The translations under genes and the position numbers were made by a program. Shown piece by piece: positions 24,266 to 31,881 of a DNA stretch of 39,997 bases. Under the pieces are notes generated by a model. The model did not search any database. It was not told where the DNA came from and worked only from the letters and a program-made list of their open reading frames with translations. Each line of letters opens with the position of its first letter. Within the stretch, counting starts at the first letter, position 1. This DNA comes from a virus, in the IMG/VR virus record IMGVR_UViG_3300045988_132245. One strand, given 5' to 3'.

Positions 24266-25323
24266 CGGGGCCTCCTTTCGTTGATTTCGTTTACGAGCCG
24301 TTGGACGACGGTTGTCGCGTCCTCGCCTGCTTTGACGTGGGCCCAGAACGTTTGTTCGACGCTGTCCGTCCATGCCCCTGAGGGGACTTGGCTGATGGCG
24401 TGCTGTTGGAGCCATTGGCGGGTGATGCCGCCCCATTCGGTGCGTTGCGGTTCGTTTTGGAGCCATTGCGTGTATTGGCGGTTTTCGAGCCATTTGCGCA
24501 TCGATGGCGTGAACCGGTCGCCGTCCTGGCGCACGGTCTGGGCGTAGCGGATGACGGCGCCGAGCAGTTGGCTGGCTTCGATGTGCGGCACTGTGGGGTC
24601 GCCGCCGGTGATGGCCTGCCACAGGCGCATGGCTTGGTCCCGGTTGCCGGTGTGGCTCGGGTACGAGTCCCAGGCGAGGCCGAACGGATCGGCTTGGGCC
24701 CGGGCTTCGGCCTCGGCAAGGCTCGACACCGGCTTGGCTTGGCTCGGCTCGGCCGGGTTTGGTTCGGCGTTCGGCTCGGAGGGGGCTACAGGGGAGGTAA
24801 GGCTAGGTATGGTTAGGTTAGGACCGGTTGCTTCGTTTGCTTTGAAGCAAGTGCTTCGTTTTGCTTCGGACGTTTGCTTCGGTTTTGCTTCACCGTTTGC
24901 TTCATGGTTTGCTTCGGTTTTGCTTGAAGCACTTGCTTCGTTTTGCTTCGGACGTTTGCTTCGCCGCGCCTCGCCCGAAGCGATGCCGCCCGCATGTCCG
25001 GCCTTGGCCCTTTTCTCCCTGAGCTCGCTGCCGGATGTGCCGCCGAATTTCATCAGGGTGTCGGCCTCGACCACCATCCACCGGCCTGCGATGAGCGCCG
25101 GTTCGAGCATTCCCGCAGACTCCAGTTCCGCCACCTGCCGTGCGTTGCCTTTCAGCGAGCGCACGACCGTGAGGTCGAATGCGCCGTCGAATGCGGGGAA
25201 TCGGAGTTGGTATGCGGTGTGCACGCACAGGCGGACCCATAGGCCCAGTGCGGCGTTTGATACCGTGCCGGGCATGGTCTGCGGGCTGAAGTTGAGCCCG
25301 TCGTCTATCTGGGTCCATGTCAT
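24262..25323 (-). CDS. Replication initiator / replisome-organiser-like protein (353 aa) containing the iteron array
   Basis: Position at the head of the replication block. The central low-complexity Lys/Glu/Ala segment is encoded by DNA iterons (lambda O-like arrangement). The function is inferred. Confidence 0.6.
   Translation of the reverse strand: MTWTQIDDGLNFSPQTMPGTVSNAALGLWVRLCVHTAYQLRFPAFDGAFDLTVVRSLKGNARQVAELESAGMLEPALIAGRWMVVEADTLMKFGGTSGSELREKRAKAGHAGGIASGEARRSKRPKQNEASASSKTEANHEANGEAKPKQTSEAKRSTCFKANEATGPNLTIPSLTSPVAPSEPNAEPNPAEPSQAKPVSSLAEAEARAQADPFGLAWDSYPSHTGNRDQAMRLWQAITGGDPTVPHIEASQLLGAVIRYAQTVRQDGDRFTPSMRKWLENRQYTQWLQNEPQRTEWGGITRQWLQQHAISQVPSGAWTDSVEQTFWAHVKAGEDATTVVQRLVNEINERRPR
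24828..24962. repeat. Iteron array: about 12 copies of TTGCTTC (or one-mismatch variants) at 9-14 bp spacing, with two 14-bp palindromes; candidate origin of replication
   Basis: Copies start at 24828, 24837, 24851, 24861, 24874, 24885, 24897, 24909, 24920, 24933, 24943 and 24956. GAAGCAAGTGCTTC (24844-24857) and GAAGCACTTGCTTC (24926-24939) are reverse complements. A 29-nt direct repeat occurs at 24853-24881 and 24935-24963. Confidence 0.6.
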
Positions 25324-25326
25324 GGT

Positions 25327-26745
25327 TCACTCCGCCTCTTCGTCTTCAACGGGCAGATATTCTCCGTTGAGTGCCTTGTTTTCCTCGTCGCTTGTGGGGT
25401 ATCCGAGGTCTGCGAGCGTGTGGTAGTAGGTTTGGGCGAGGGTGATGTCGTCCTTGTCCGCCCAGGTGCCGGGTTTGATGAGTGCTTCGATCTGGGCGCA
25501 CAGGATGAGCAGGAGCTCCCTGTTCGCGGCTCCCTCGACGTGCTGGCGGCGATGCAGTTCCGTGAGGTTCTGTTCGCGCCACATTTCCCTGTCGCTCGTG
25601 TCGTCGTATGGCAGCGGCGTGGCGGCGAGCAGATTGTATACGTCGAGCACGTTGTCGATGTTGTTCCACGCGACCCCGCTGATCAGTCCGTGGCAGAGTT
25701 CGGTGCCGGTCAGCGCGAGCAGGCCGAGCATAGTGGTGACCTTGCGCAACTGGCCGCCGTTGAACCCGGTGGCGTGCTTCCTGATCCAGTCCGTGCGCAG
25801 CGTGTACGCCAGCCTGTTGAATTCCTTGCGGGCGGCCAGCGCCTCCTGGAATGCCGCCTGCTCCCGTTCCCTCCGCTCGCTCTTGGCGTCACGTTCGGCG
25901 ATCTCCTCAGGCGACAATTGCGGGAAGCACAATACGGTGCGCTCGGAGAATCGGATCACCGGCCCGCCGTACGGGTTCTTCTCGCGCCACTGCCCATACC
26001 ATTTCTCGAACTCGTCGGGCTCGCCGCTCCACACGTCGTAGAACCGGTAGCCCTCCGGCGTCGTCCACGTCGAAGCCGAGACATCCACAGTCAGGCCCAG
26101 AGCTTCAAGCGCTGTTCTCATGCTCTGCTGCCACGCCTCGACGCGAACCCGCGACCGCAGCTGGCCACGCTTCCAATCCCAGTTCTTGGTGCCCGCCATC
26201 GAAGCCAACTCAGCCATCATGTCGGGATAAGCCTCGAACTCCGCAAGATCATCCAACTGGGAAAGCGACAACTGGGCGAACGCCTCCGACTTGGCACGCA
26301 CCTCGGCGGGGATGCGCGCGATCTTCAACCGGCCACGCACGAACGACTCAGAACGGCCCGTCTTCGAGGCCAGCTCACCCACACCGGCACCCAGGTCAAG
26401 CAAACCCTGATACCCGTCGGCCTCCTCCAACGGCGTCAAATCGGAACGCTGGCAATTCTCCACCAGCATCAACTCGCGCTCCGTGCGAGCGTCCATCTCG
26501 CGCACAATGCACGGCACGGACTCCAAACCGGCCAACTTGCATGCCGCCAAACGACGATGACCAATCACCACACGAAACAGGCGCTCGCCGTGTTCCTCGT
26601 GGTCGGGGGTGACCACGAGCGCCTGCTGCAACCCCTGTTCCTTGATGCTGTCGGCCAACTCGGTGACGTCGCCCACGTCTTTGCGGGGGTTGTTCGGGTT
26701 CGGGATGAGGTTCTTTACGTTGATATCGATGATGTTGATAGCCAC
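25327..26745 (-). CDS. ParB-like nuclease-domain protein (472 aa)
   Basis: N-terminal ParB/Srx box: NPNNPRKDVGD..ELADSIKEQGLQQALVV....VVIGHRRLAACKLAGL. GTG start at 26745. Confidence 0.8.
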   Translation of the reverse strand: MAINIIDINVKNLIPNPNNPRKDVGDVTELADSIKEQGLQQALVVTPDHEEHGERLFRVVIGHRRLAACKLAGLESVPCIVREMDARTERELMLVENCQRSDLTPLEEADGYQGLLDLGAGVGELASKTGRSESFVRGRLKIARIPAEVRAKSEAFAQLSLSQLDDLAEFEAYPDMMAELASMAGTKNWDWKRGQLRSRVRVEAWQQSMRTALEALGLTVDVSASTWTTPEGYRFYDVWSGEPDEFEKWYGQWREKNPYGGPVIRFSERTVLCFPQLSPEEIAERDAKSERREREQAAFQEALAARKEFNRLAYTLRTDWIRKHATGFNGGQLRKVTTMLGLLALTGTELCHGLISGVAWNNIDNVLDVYNLLAATPLPYDDTSDREMWREQNLTELHRRQHVEGAANRELLLILCAQIEALIKPGTWADKDDITLAQTYYHTLADLGYPTSDEENKALNGEYLPVEDEEAE

Positions 26746-26754
26746 TGAATCGGG

Positions 26755-26868
26755 TCACTGCTCCTTGATCGATAGATTCTGGTGTACGGGCAGGTGCGGC
26801 ATGCGCTTCCTGCGCCGGCGTTGGCGCTCATGCTCCAGTTGCTGGCGTCCGTGCTTGCGTTTGCTCAT
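26755..26868 (-). CDS. Possible very basic micro-protein (37 aa)
   Basis: My translation is MSKRKHGRQQLEHERQRRRRKRMPHLPVHQNLSIKEQ. It fills the gap between two genes. There is no independent support. Confidence 0.3.
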   Translation of the reverse strand: MSKRKHGRQQLEHERQRRRRKRMPHLPVHQNLSIKEQ

Positions 26869-26871
26869 GAT

Positions 26872-27273
26872 TCAGTCCTCCTTGATTTCACCGGTATCCG
26901 GATCCACACCAGACGTGGGCAGATCACGCCACGGATCCAACAAACTGCGCTCGATATCCGCCTTCACCACGCGCTCGCGGGCCTCGACCGGATAGTTGAT
27001 GAGGTCGTTGACCGCGTTGGCGGCGTCGAAGATGTGCTGCGAGAGATCGCAGGCGTCGTACAGGGCGTCGGTGATGGGGTCGATGTTCTTGTATTTTTCG
27101 ATGTATTCGTCCTTGGTGGCCAGGTCGAGCATCTTGCTGGCCGCGATGCGGAACGCGGCCGCGGCGTCCTTCATGCGTGATGCCTTGGCGGTCAGGGCGA
27201 GCAGCATGAGCGGTGTTATTTCGTCGGGGATGAGTGCGTCCTGCACGCCGTCGGTCTTTTTCTTTCGTGACAT
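26872..27273 (-). CDS. Hypothetical early protein (133 aa)
   Basis: Clean ORF in the early operon. No motif recognised. Confidence 0.55.
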   Translation of the reverse strand: MSRKKKTDGVQDALIPDEITPLMLLALTAKASRMKDAAAAFRIAASKMLDLATKDEYIEKYKNIDPITDALYDACDLSQHIFDAANAVNDLINYPVEARERVVKADIERSLLDPWRDLPTSGVDPDTGEIKED

Positions 27274-27282
27274 TGAATCTCC

Positions 27283-27858
27283 TTAGAATTCGGGGTCGGA
27301 ATCGTTTGACGGGAAATCGTTGGAAACGCCGAACGCGGTGCCGGGCGTCGTGGCCGGCGCCTGCGCCCACGGGTCGCCTTCGGGAGCGCCGAGGTTCTGC
27401 GCGGGAGTCGGGGAGCCGTCCTGCCAGCCCTGTTGCTGGTTGGCGGGTTTGGCCGGGTCGCCATACGTGCTGCCGCCCGAGTAGCCGCGTCCGGACTGCA
27501 CGCGCGTCACCTGCGCGGTCGCGTACCGCAGCGAGGGGCCTATCTCATCGATGGTCATGTCGATGACGGTTCTCTGGGAGCCGTCCTGCGTCTGATACGA
27601 ATGCTGCTTCAGCCGGCCGATGGCGATCACGCGCATGCCCTTGTGCAGGGACTGGATGCAATGGCCGGCCATGTCGCCCCATGCGGAGCAGCGCATGAAC
27701 AATGCCTGCCCGTCCTCGAACTGGTTGGCCTGCCGGTTCCAGTTGCGCGGCGTCGAAGCGATCGTGAAGCTCGCCACGGTCGCCCCGCCGCCCGTGGTAC
27801 GCAGCTCGGGGTCGGCGGTCAGGTTGCCGACGATGGTAAGAAAGGTCTCTCCCGCCAT
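27283..27858 (-). CDS. ssb: Single-stranded DNA-binding protein
   Basis: OB-fold signature MAGETFLTIVGNLTADPELRTTGGGATVASFTIASTPR. Gly/Gln-rich linker. Acidic tail NDSDPEF. Confidence 0.9.
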   Translation of the reverse strand: MAGETFLTIVGNLTADPELRTTGGGATVASFTIASTPRNWNRQANQFEDGQALFMRCSAWGDMAGHCIQSLHKGMRVIAIGRLKQHSYQTQDGSQRTVIDMTIDEIGPSLRYATAQVTRVQSGRGYSGGSTYGDPAKPANQQQGWQDGSPTPAQNLGAPEGDPWAQAPATTPGTAFGVSNDFPSNDSDPEF

Positions 27859-28217
27859 CACGCATCACCATCCAACGCGCGCAGCAGCGCAACGGCGGCG
27901 GAACGCGCCTCGTCGGCCAGGTCGAACAGCTCCCAGTCGCCGGCGCCGGCCGCGCCGTCGGCCAGCAGGCTCGTCATGTCATACGCCCTGCGCGAGAGGC
28001 GGCGGCTGGCTTTCGCCACATCGTCCTCATGGTCCGCCGGCGCGGCGGCAAGCTCCAGTCGCAGCCCGGTATGATCCATCGCCTGGTCAAGCATGGACAG
28101 CATCACGGGCAGCGTGGGCTTGTTCGGCGACTCGGCCACCAGCGACTGCAATATGGTGGCAAGGGCCACCCGCGGCGTCGCCTCGGGCTCGGTTTCCGTT
28201 TCGGTTTGCTCGCACAT
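27858..28217 (-). CDS. Hypothetical early protein (119 aa)
   Basis: Clean ORF. Its stop overlaps the ssb start. Confidence 0.55.
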   Translation of the reverse strand: MCEQTETETEPEATPRVALATILQSLVAESPNKPTLPVMLSMLDQAMDHTGLRLELAAAPADHEDDVAKASRRLSRRAYDMTSLLADGAAGAGDWELFDLADEARSAAVALLRALDGDA

Positions 28218-28487
28218 CTATTCCTCCTTATGGGTTTTGACTGGTTTGCGTTTCCACAGGCAGACCGCCGAGATCTGGCGGCGTTCCCGGTCGACCATCA
28301 CGTCCGTCCAGCGTGGCGGCAGTATGGTCAGTGGCCATGCGTCCGTGCGGTTGAGATGCTGGATGGTGGCGAGCAGGCTGTCCAATAGTTCGTCCGCGCT
28401 CATGCGCATCCCCGCGGAATCCAACGGCCATTCGAACGTGGACTCGCCCTCGGCGCGATGCTCGTAGTCGTTCGGCTGGCCGGTCAT
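28218..28487 (-). CDS. Hypothetical early protein (89 aa)
   Basis: ATG at 28487 overlaps the upstream stop (ATGA). Sequence begins MTGQPNDYEHRAEGESTFEW. Confidence 0.5.
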   Translation of the reverse strand: MTGQPNDYEHRAEGESTFEWPLDSAGMRMSADELLDSLLATIQHLNRTDAWPLTILPPRWTDVMVDRERRQISAVCLWKRKPVKTHKEE

Positions 28488-28723
28488 GCGCTGGCCTCCT
28501 TGCATTCGCGCAGGTTGGCGCGCATGAAGCCGAGCACGGCCTCCTTCGGGTAGAGGACGCGGCGGCCGGATTTCACGTAGGCGGGTCCCGTGTGCGTTCC
28601 GCGCCATTCGGCCAGCGTGGATTCGCCGATGCCGCTGAGCTCGGCCAGCTGGCGTGCGCTGTTCAACGGCATCAGCGCCTTTTCCAACGCGTCGAACATC
28701 GCGGGTTCTGTTTCGTCGGCCAT
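28484..28723 (-). CDS. Excisionase-family (HTH_17-like) DNA-binding protein (79 aa)
   Basis: ATG at 28723 preceded by GAAAGGAG. HTH segment LNSARQLAELSGIGESTLAEWRGTHTGPAYVKSGRRVLYPKEAV. Confidence 0.65.
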   Translation of the reverse strand: MADETEPAMFDALEKALMPLNSARQLAELSGIGESTLAEWRGTHTGPAYVKSGRRVLYPKEAVLGFMRANLRECKEASA

Positions 28724-28964
28724 GGTTCTCCTTTCCGGCCCGTATGAGGGGCCTTCGATGTCGGTGGATATGGGGGTGGACCGAGCCGAATCGAACGGCA
28801 TCCCGCTGTTTGCCCCGCGTACATGACACCGCGTGATCTCCAGCGGGGGCGAACCCGCCGGCCCCACATGCGCCGCACCCGCTGCTCCGAGTACGACGCG
28901 ATGGTGTTAGCGACTGTCCTTGTCGATTGCCGGGGAAGGAAAGAATAGGAACCCCGGCAAGTCC

Positions 28965-29207
28965 TTATTCGACGCCCGCCTCGGCCTCGAGCAGGCAGAT
29001 CAGGCGAATGGGCACGCCAATGAAAGCGACCAGCGAACAGATGCCGTTTCCCAACGGGTAGCGGCATGCCTCGTGCGTCATCACCCACACCAGACAGGCC
29101 ACGAGGACGACCGCCAGCACCGTCAGGTGACGCATGAACCGTTTCGACGGGCCGCCATCGGCCTTCCTGTATCCGGAGGCGTGATGCCCGTAATCATGGG
29201 AGTCCAT
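28965..29207 (-). CDS. Small membrane protein (80 aa)
   Basis: Two hydrophobic segments (LTVLAVVLVACLVWVM; ICSLVAFIGVPIRLICLL). Confidence 0.5.
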   Translation of the reverse strand: MDSHDYGHHASGYRKADGGPSKRFMRHLTVLAVVLVACLVWVMTHEACRYPLGNGICSLVAFIGVPIRLICLLEAEAGVE

Positions 29208-29447
29208 CTATTCCTCCAATGTTTTGATGTAACGGCGCATCTCTTCCTTGCGCACATGCCTGCGACCGGGCTCCCCCCGCTTGTTCAACGGGCGAAACAC
29301 ATCGACGTCACGCTGGTTCACCGCGACCAGCAGGCCGTCGTAATCGATGTTGAACACCTGCGCGGCCTGCGGCAGCGTCAACGTCTCGCGCTCCCACAAC
29401 GGCACCGGATTGCCGTCCGTGCACACTCCTTCAGCTGTTATGGGCAT
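29208..29447 (-). CDS. HTH DNA-binding protein (79 aa), first gene of the leftward early operon (Cro/Xis-like)
   Basis: Strong SD (AAGGAAAGGAAG). HTH segment LTLPQAAQVFNIDYDGLLVAVNQRDVDVFR...RHVRKEEMRRYI. Confidence 0.6.
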   Translation of the reverse strand: MPITAEGVCTDGNPVPLWERETLTLPQAAQVFNIDYDGLLVAVNQRDVDVFRPLNKRGEPGRRHVRKEEMRRYIKTLEE

Positions 29448-29538
29448 CCCGGACTTCCTTTCCTTGATTTATGCGTTGGCCCACCTCCCCTAAGCTGGAC
29501 ATTGCCTAACTACCAGCAATGAGAGGAGGTGAAGAATA

Positions 29539-29763
29539 ATGACGTATCGACTCGTGTTTGAGACGACCGCCGATAAGCGACGGTTTGTCGATTTAGCGGG
29601 AGAAGAGTATCCGTCGAAGATTCTCGATGAATTGGAGAGCGCCGCCGCGTCGGGTGGCGTGGTTTCGGTTCGAGGTCGGGCTCTCGGTGTCCCCGAGGGG
29701 TCTCTTATCTATCTCAATCCGCGTGCCGCCCTGTGGTGGTCGCTGGTTGAGATCGACGACTGA
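29539..29763 (+). CDS. Hypothetical accessory (moron) protein (74 aa)
   Basis: Strong SD GGAGGTGA 6 nt upstream of the ATG. Natural-looking sequence. It overlaps the antisense ORF 29593-29979. Confidence 0.5.
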   Translation: MTYRLVFETTADKRRFVDLAGEEYPSKILDELESAAASGGVVSVRGRALGVPEGSLIYLNPRAALWWSLVEIDD

Positions 29764-29979
29764 CTCCGGCATGGCGGCGGCGCGGACGGAACGATGTCCG
29801 CCGTGCCGTCGCCCGTTCATGCTGATTTCGTAATCGAACTGTTTGGCGATGGCATTCCGCGCGTCGATCAGGTCGCTTTCCGACTGGGGATAGCCGATGA
29901 TGAGAACGATGCTCCCGAGCCCGTATCTCAGGACTTTGAAACCGTCCCCTTCTTCAATGTGAGTGCTGACGGTTCCCAT
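29593..29979 (-). CDS. Possible hypothetical protein (up to 128 aa; 3' end uncertain)
   Basis: SD GGAGGTG upstream of ATG 29979. The first ~60 aa look protein-like and third-position GC is high. The 3' half is Arg-rich and antisense to 29539-29763. Confidence 0.3.
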   Translation of the reverse strand: MGTVSTHIEEGDGFKVLRYGLGSIVLIIGYPQSESDLIDARNAIAKQFDYEISMNGRRHGGHRSVRAAAMPESVVDLNQRPPQGGTRIEIDKRPLGDTESPTSNRNHATRRGGALQFIENLRRILFSR

Positions 29980-30050
29980 CACTTCACCTCCTTGCCTACG
30001 AGCTTGAGCGAGACAATGAGGACACCCACGCAAAGAAGGGAGGTGATTAC

Positions 30051-30212
30051 ATGGCGCAATGGAATATCCGTTTTAACGACGAGCTGATTGGACCGTTCGA
30101 CGACGCCGAAACGCAGGGAGGGGTCGTCTTCAGCGGTAAGCTCGCGGATTCCGGGAACGATGTGACTGCATACTGGACGCCCGGATGCCCCATCAGCTTC
30201 GAACAGATCTGA
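30051..30212 (+). CDS. Small acidic hypothetical protein (53 aa)
   Basis: My translation is MAQWNIRFNDELIGPFDDAETQGGVVFSGKLADSGNDVTAYWTPGCPISFEQI. SD GGGAGGTGA 5 nt upstream. Below the track size cutoff. Confidence 0.45.
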   Translation: MAQWNIRFNDELIGPFDDAETQGGVVFSGKLADSGNDVTAYWTPGCPISFEQI

Positions 30213-30302
30213 GAACGGGCCGTGACCACACCCCTGCGCTTGCACCGCAGGGGTTGCCTTATATCCACTCATTTCGTACCTTCCTTTGCGAGGTATTGGA
30301 CG

Positions 30303-30875
30303 ATGTTCCAGATGCCCAGGAAAGCGACTACGCTTTTCTGCATGGTTTTGGGACAGATTGATTTGGGACAGATTCTTGTGACCGCGCTGGTCTCCGCAGT
30401 CGTGTCTTTCGCGGTGACGGTGATTCTGCGTGTATGGGATCGTAGAACGGTCGAATGGCTGGTCGCCGGAGAAGCGCATCCCACGTACTTCGCCGGCGAG
30501 AAGAAAGACATGGTGCTTAATCTCGAGTTGTGGAACACCGGTGATGCCGATGCGTATGACGTGAGGCTAATCAGATGCAATGGCGTCAATCCGGATACCG
30601 GCAAGGAGCGGGAGTGTTGGGAGACATTCGAGGCGGGATGCATCAAGGCCGGGGAACATGTCGTTTTCACGATGAAGCCTTCTTTTGCGTCCTGGGAGAC
30701 CTGCTGGGTAAAGGTCGTGTTTCGTCCCTCACCCGTGTATCGGCACAATCCACGCTGTTCCCGTAAATATCTCTTGTCCAAGGAGATCGGCAATCAGTTC
30801 GAATATCGTCCGGAGGAATCGGAGATGGCCGTGTATGGGAGAGGCAAGATTCCAGCACGTCCGAAAGACGCCTGA
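30303..30875 (+). CDS. Membrane-anchored accessory protein (about 190 aa)
   Basis: N-terminal TM helix ILVTALVSAVVSFAVTVILRVW, then a beta-rich domain (LNLELWNTGDADAYDVRL). The start is uncertain (30222 GTG, 30303 or 30342 ATG). Confidence 0.55.
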   Translation: MFQMPRKATTLFCMVLGQIDLGQILVTALVSAVVSFAVTVILRVWDRRTVEWLVAGEAHPTYFAGEKKDMVLNLELWNTGDADAYDVRLIRCNGVNPDTGKERECWETFEAGCIKAGEHVVFTMKPSFASWETCWVKVVFRPSPVYRHNPRCSRKYLLSKEIGNQFEYRPEESEMAVYGRGKIPARPKDA

Positions 30876-30956
30876 TATAGGAGAAATGCATAATCTGTAC
30901 TCCCGCGATTATGACAATCAAGACAAACTGCAGAACGTCGACGAGATTCTGGCCAC

Positions 30957-31211
30957 TCATTTCGCACCTCCTTCGGCGAGCGCTGGGATCGCGATGCTGG
31001 GAGATATGAGGTCGCTCGCGGCGACAGCGAAATGCTTAGCAATTTGTTCTATCTCCTCCAAGGTGAAGGGGGATTTGTTCAGCAAACGACGCTTGAGCGT
31101 GGACAAGGGAATCTTCGTTGCTCCTGCGAGCGCTTCAATGCTTTCGCGGCGAGAACCAAGCAGCGCACGAATATTCGACACTGCAAGTTTGTTGAGACTT
31201 AAGTAGTTCAT
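30957..31211 (-). CDS. Cro-like XRE-family HTH protein (84 aa)
   Basis: ATG at 31211. HTH segment ESIEALAGATKIPLSTLKRRLLNKSPFTLEEIEQIAKHF. Divergent from the larger XRE gene. Confidence 0.7.
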   Translation of the reverse strand: MNYLSLNKLAVSNIRALLGSRRESIEALAGATKIPLSTLKRRLLNKSPFTLEEIEQIAKHFAVAASDLISPSIAIPALAEGGAK

Positions 31212-31230
31212 GTGAACTATATATAGTTCA
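31204..31230. promoter_or_regulatory. Overlapping palindromic operators built from the half-site TAGTTCA/TGAACTA
   Basis: TAGTTCAtgTGAACTA at 31204-31219 and TGAACTAtataTAGTTCA at 31213-31230. A further TAGTTCA at 31284-31290 abuts the ATG of the repressor gene. Confidence 0.55.
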
Positions 31231-31289
31231 AGGAAACTACTCGTGTCAATTTTTGGACTATTTGGCGTGTCGGTGGAATAATCTAGTTC

Positions 31290-31757
31290 ATGAAGAATAT
31301 TTCGACTTTCGGTAAAGCAATGGCGCAGGTCATGAAAGGACGCATGGCATTTCATGGCGTGACGCAAGCGGAAATGGCTGCGGCAATTCAGCTCAGCCAG
31401 TCGCAGCTGTCGAAGATACTAAGAGCTGAGAGAACCATTGATCTCGAATCCTTTGAGGCGTTTTGTGAAGCGTTGGATGAGAATGCAGCAGATCTCGTTA
31501 AAGCCGGGGAGTCGATAGCTAGGAGAATCCAAAACAACTCGCCAGAGTCATTTGTACCGGCGGCAACTCTCGTATTTGTCGAAGGCGATGAACGCCTAGA
31601 TAAGCCAAAACCTGCACTCAACGGCGAGCGCCTTGTTGTTGATGATGAGCAGGCGCGAGTGGCCGAAACACTCAAGAAACTCCATCGAGGAGACATGGAC
31701 ATCGCCGCCCTGGAAGACGAGCACAAGTATGACGGTGATGGGGACGATCCCGCATAA
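31290..31757 (+). CDS. XRE-family repressor (CI/ImmR-like, 155 aa)
   Basis: N-terminal HTH GVTQAEMAAAIQLSQSQLSKILRAERTIDLESFEAFCEAL. Longer C-terminal domain. Same strand as the ImmA-like and integrase genes. Confidence 0.75.
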   Translation: MKNISTFGKAMAQVMKGRMAFHGVTQAEMAAAIQLSQSQLSKILRAERTIDLESFEAFCEALDENAADLVKAGESIARRIQNNSPESFVPAATLVFVEGDERLDKPKPALNGERLVVDDEQARVAETLKKLHRGDMDIAALEDEHKYDGDGDDPA

Positions 31758-31881
31758 ACCGACTATCCGGAAATTCCGGACAATTCAGTTATTCGAAAAT
31801 TCCGAATAACTCAAAACGTCGAAAACACTGGCTTAGACCATTTTCCTGACATCGGGAAAATGGTTCGGGAAAGGGAAAGGC

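Noticed and set aside
24828-24962. A repeat array considered as a possible CRISPR or mini-satellite.
   Set aside because: The repeats are 7-9 bp at ~11-bp spacing, with no unique spacers and no cas genes. They lie in frame inside a coding gene. Iterons are the better explanation.
28905-28918. A partial match (GTTAGCGA) to the shufflon site core, in the early-region gap.
   Set aside because: Only 8 nt match and the flanking GGG/CCC arms are absent. A chance occurrence is the likeliest explanation.
29979-30272. A 97-aa minus-strand ORF with a good SD (AAGGAAGG), translationally coupled to 29979-29593.
   Set aside because: It is fully antisense to the 53-aa plus-strand ORF, which has a stronger SD, higher third-position GC and a more natural composition. 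The question remains unresolved and is discussed in the moron-block finding.
30667-30960. A 97-aa minus-strand ORF ATGA-coupled to the Cro-like gene, with a hydrophobic N-terminus.
   Set aside because: After about 30 codons it becomes Arg/Pro/Ser-rich and runs antisense through the 3' end of 30303-30875. A short membrane peptide cannot be excluded, but there is no stop codon to define one.
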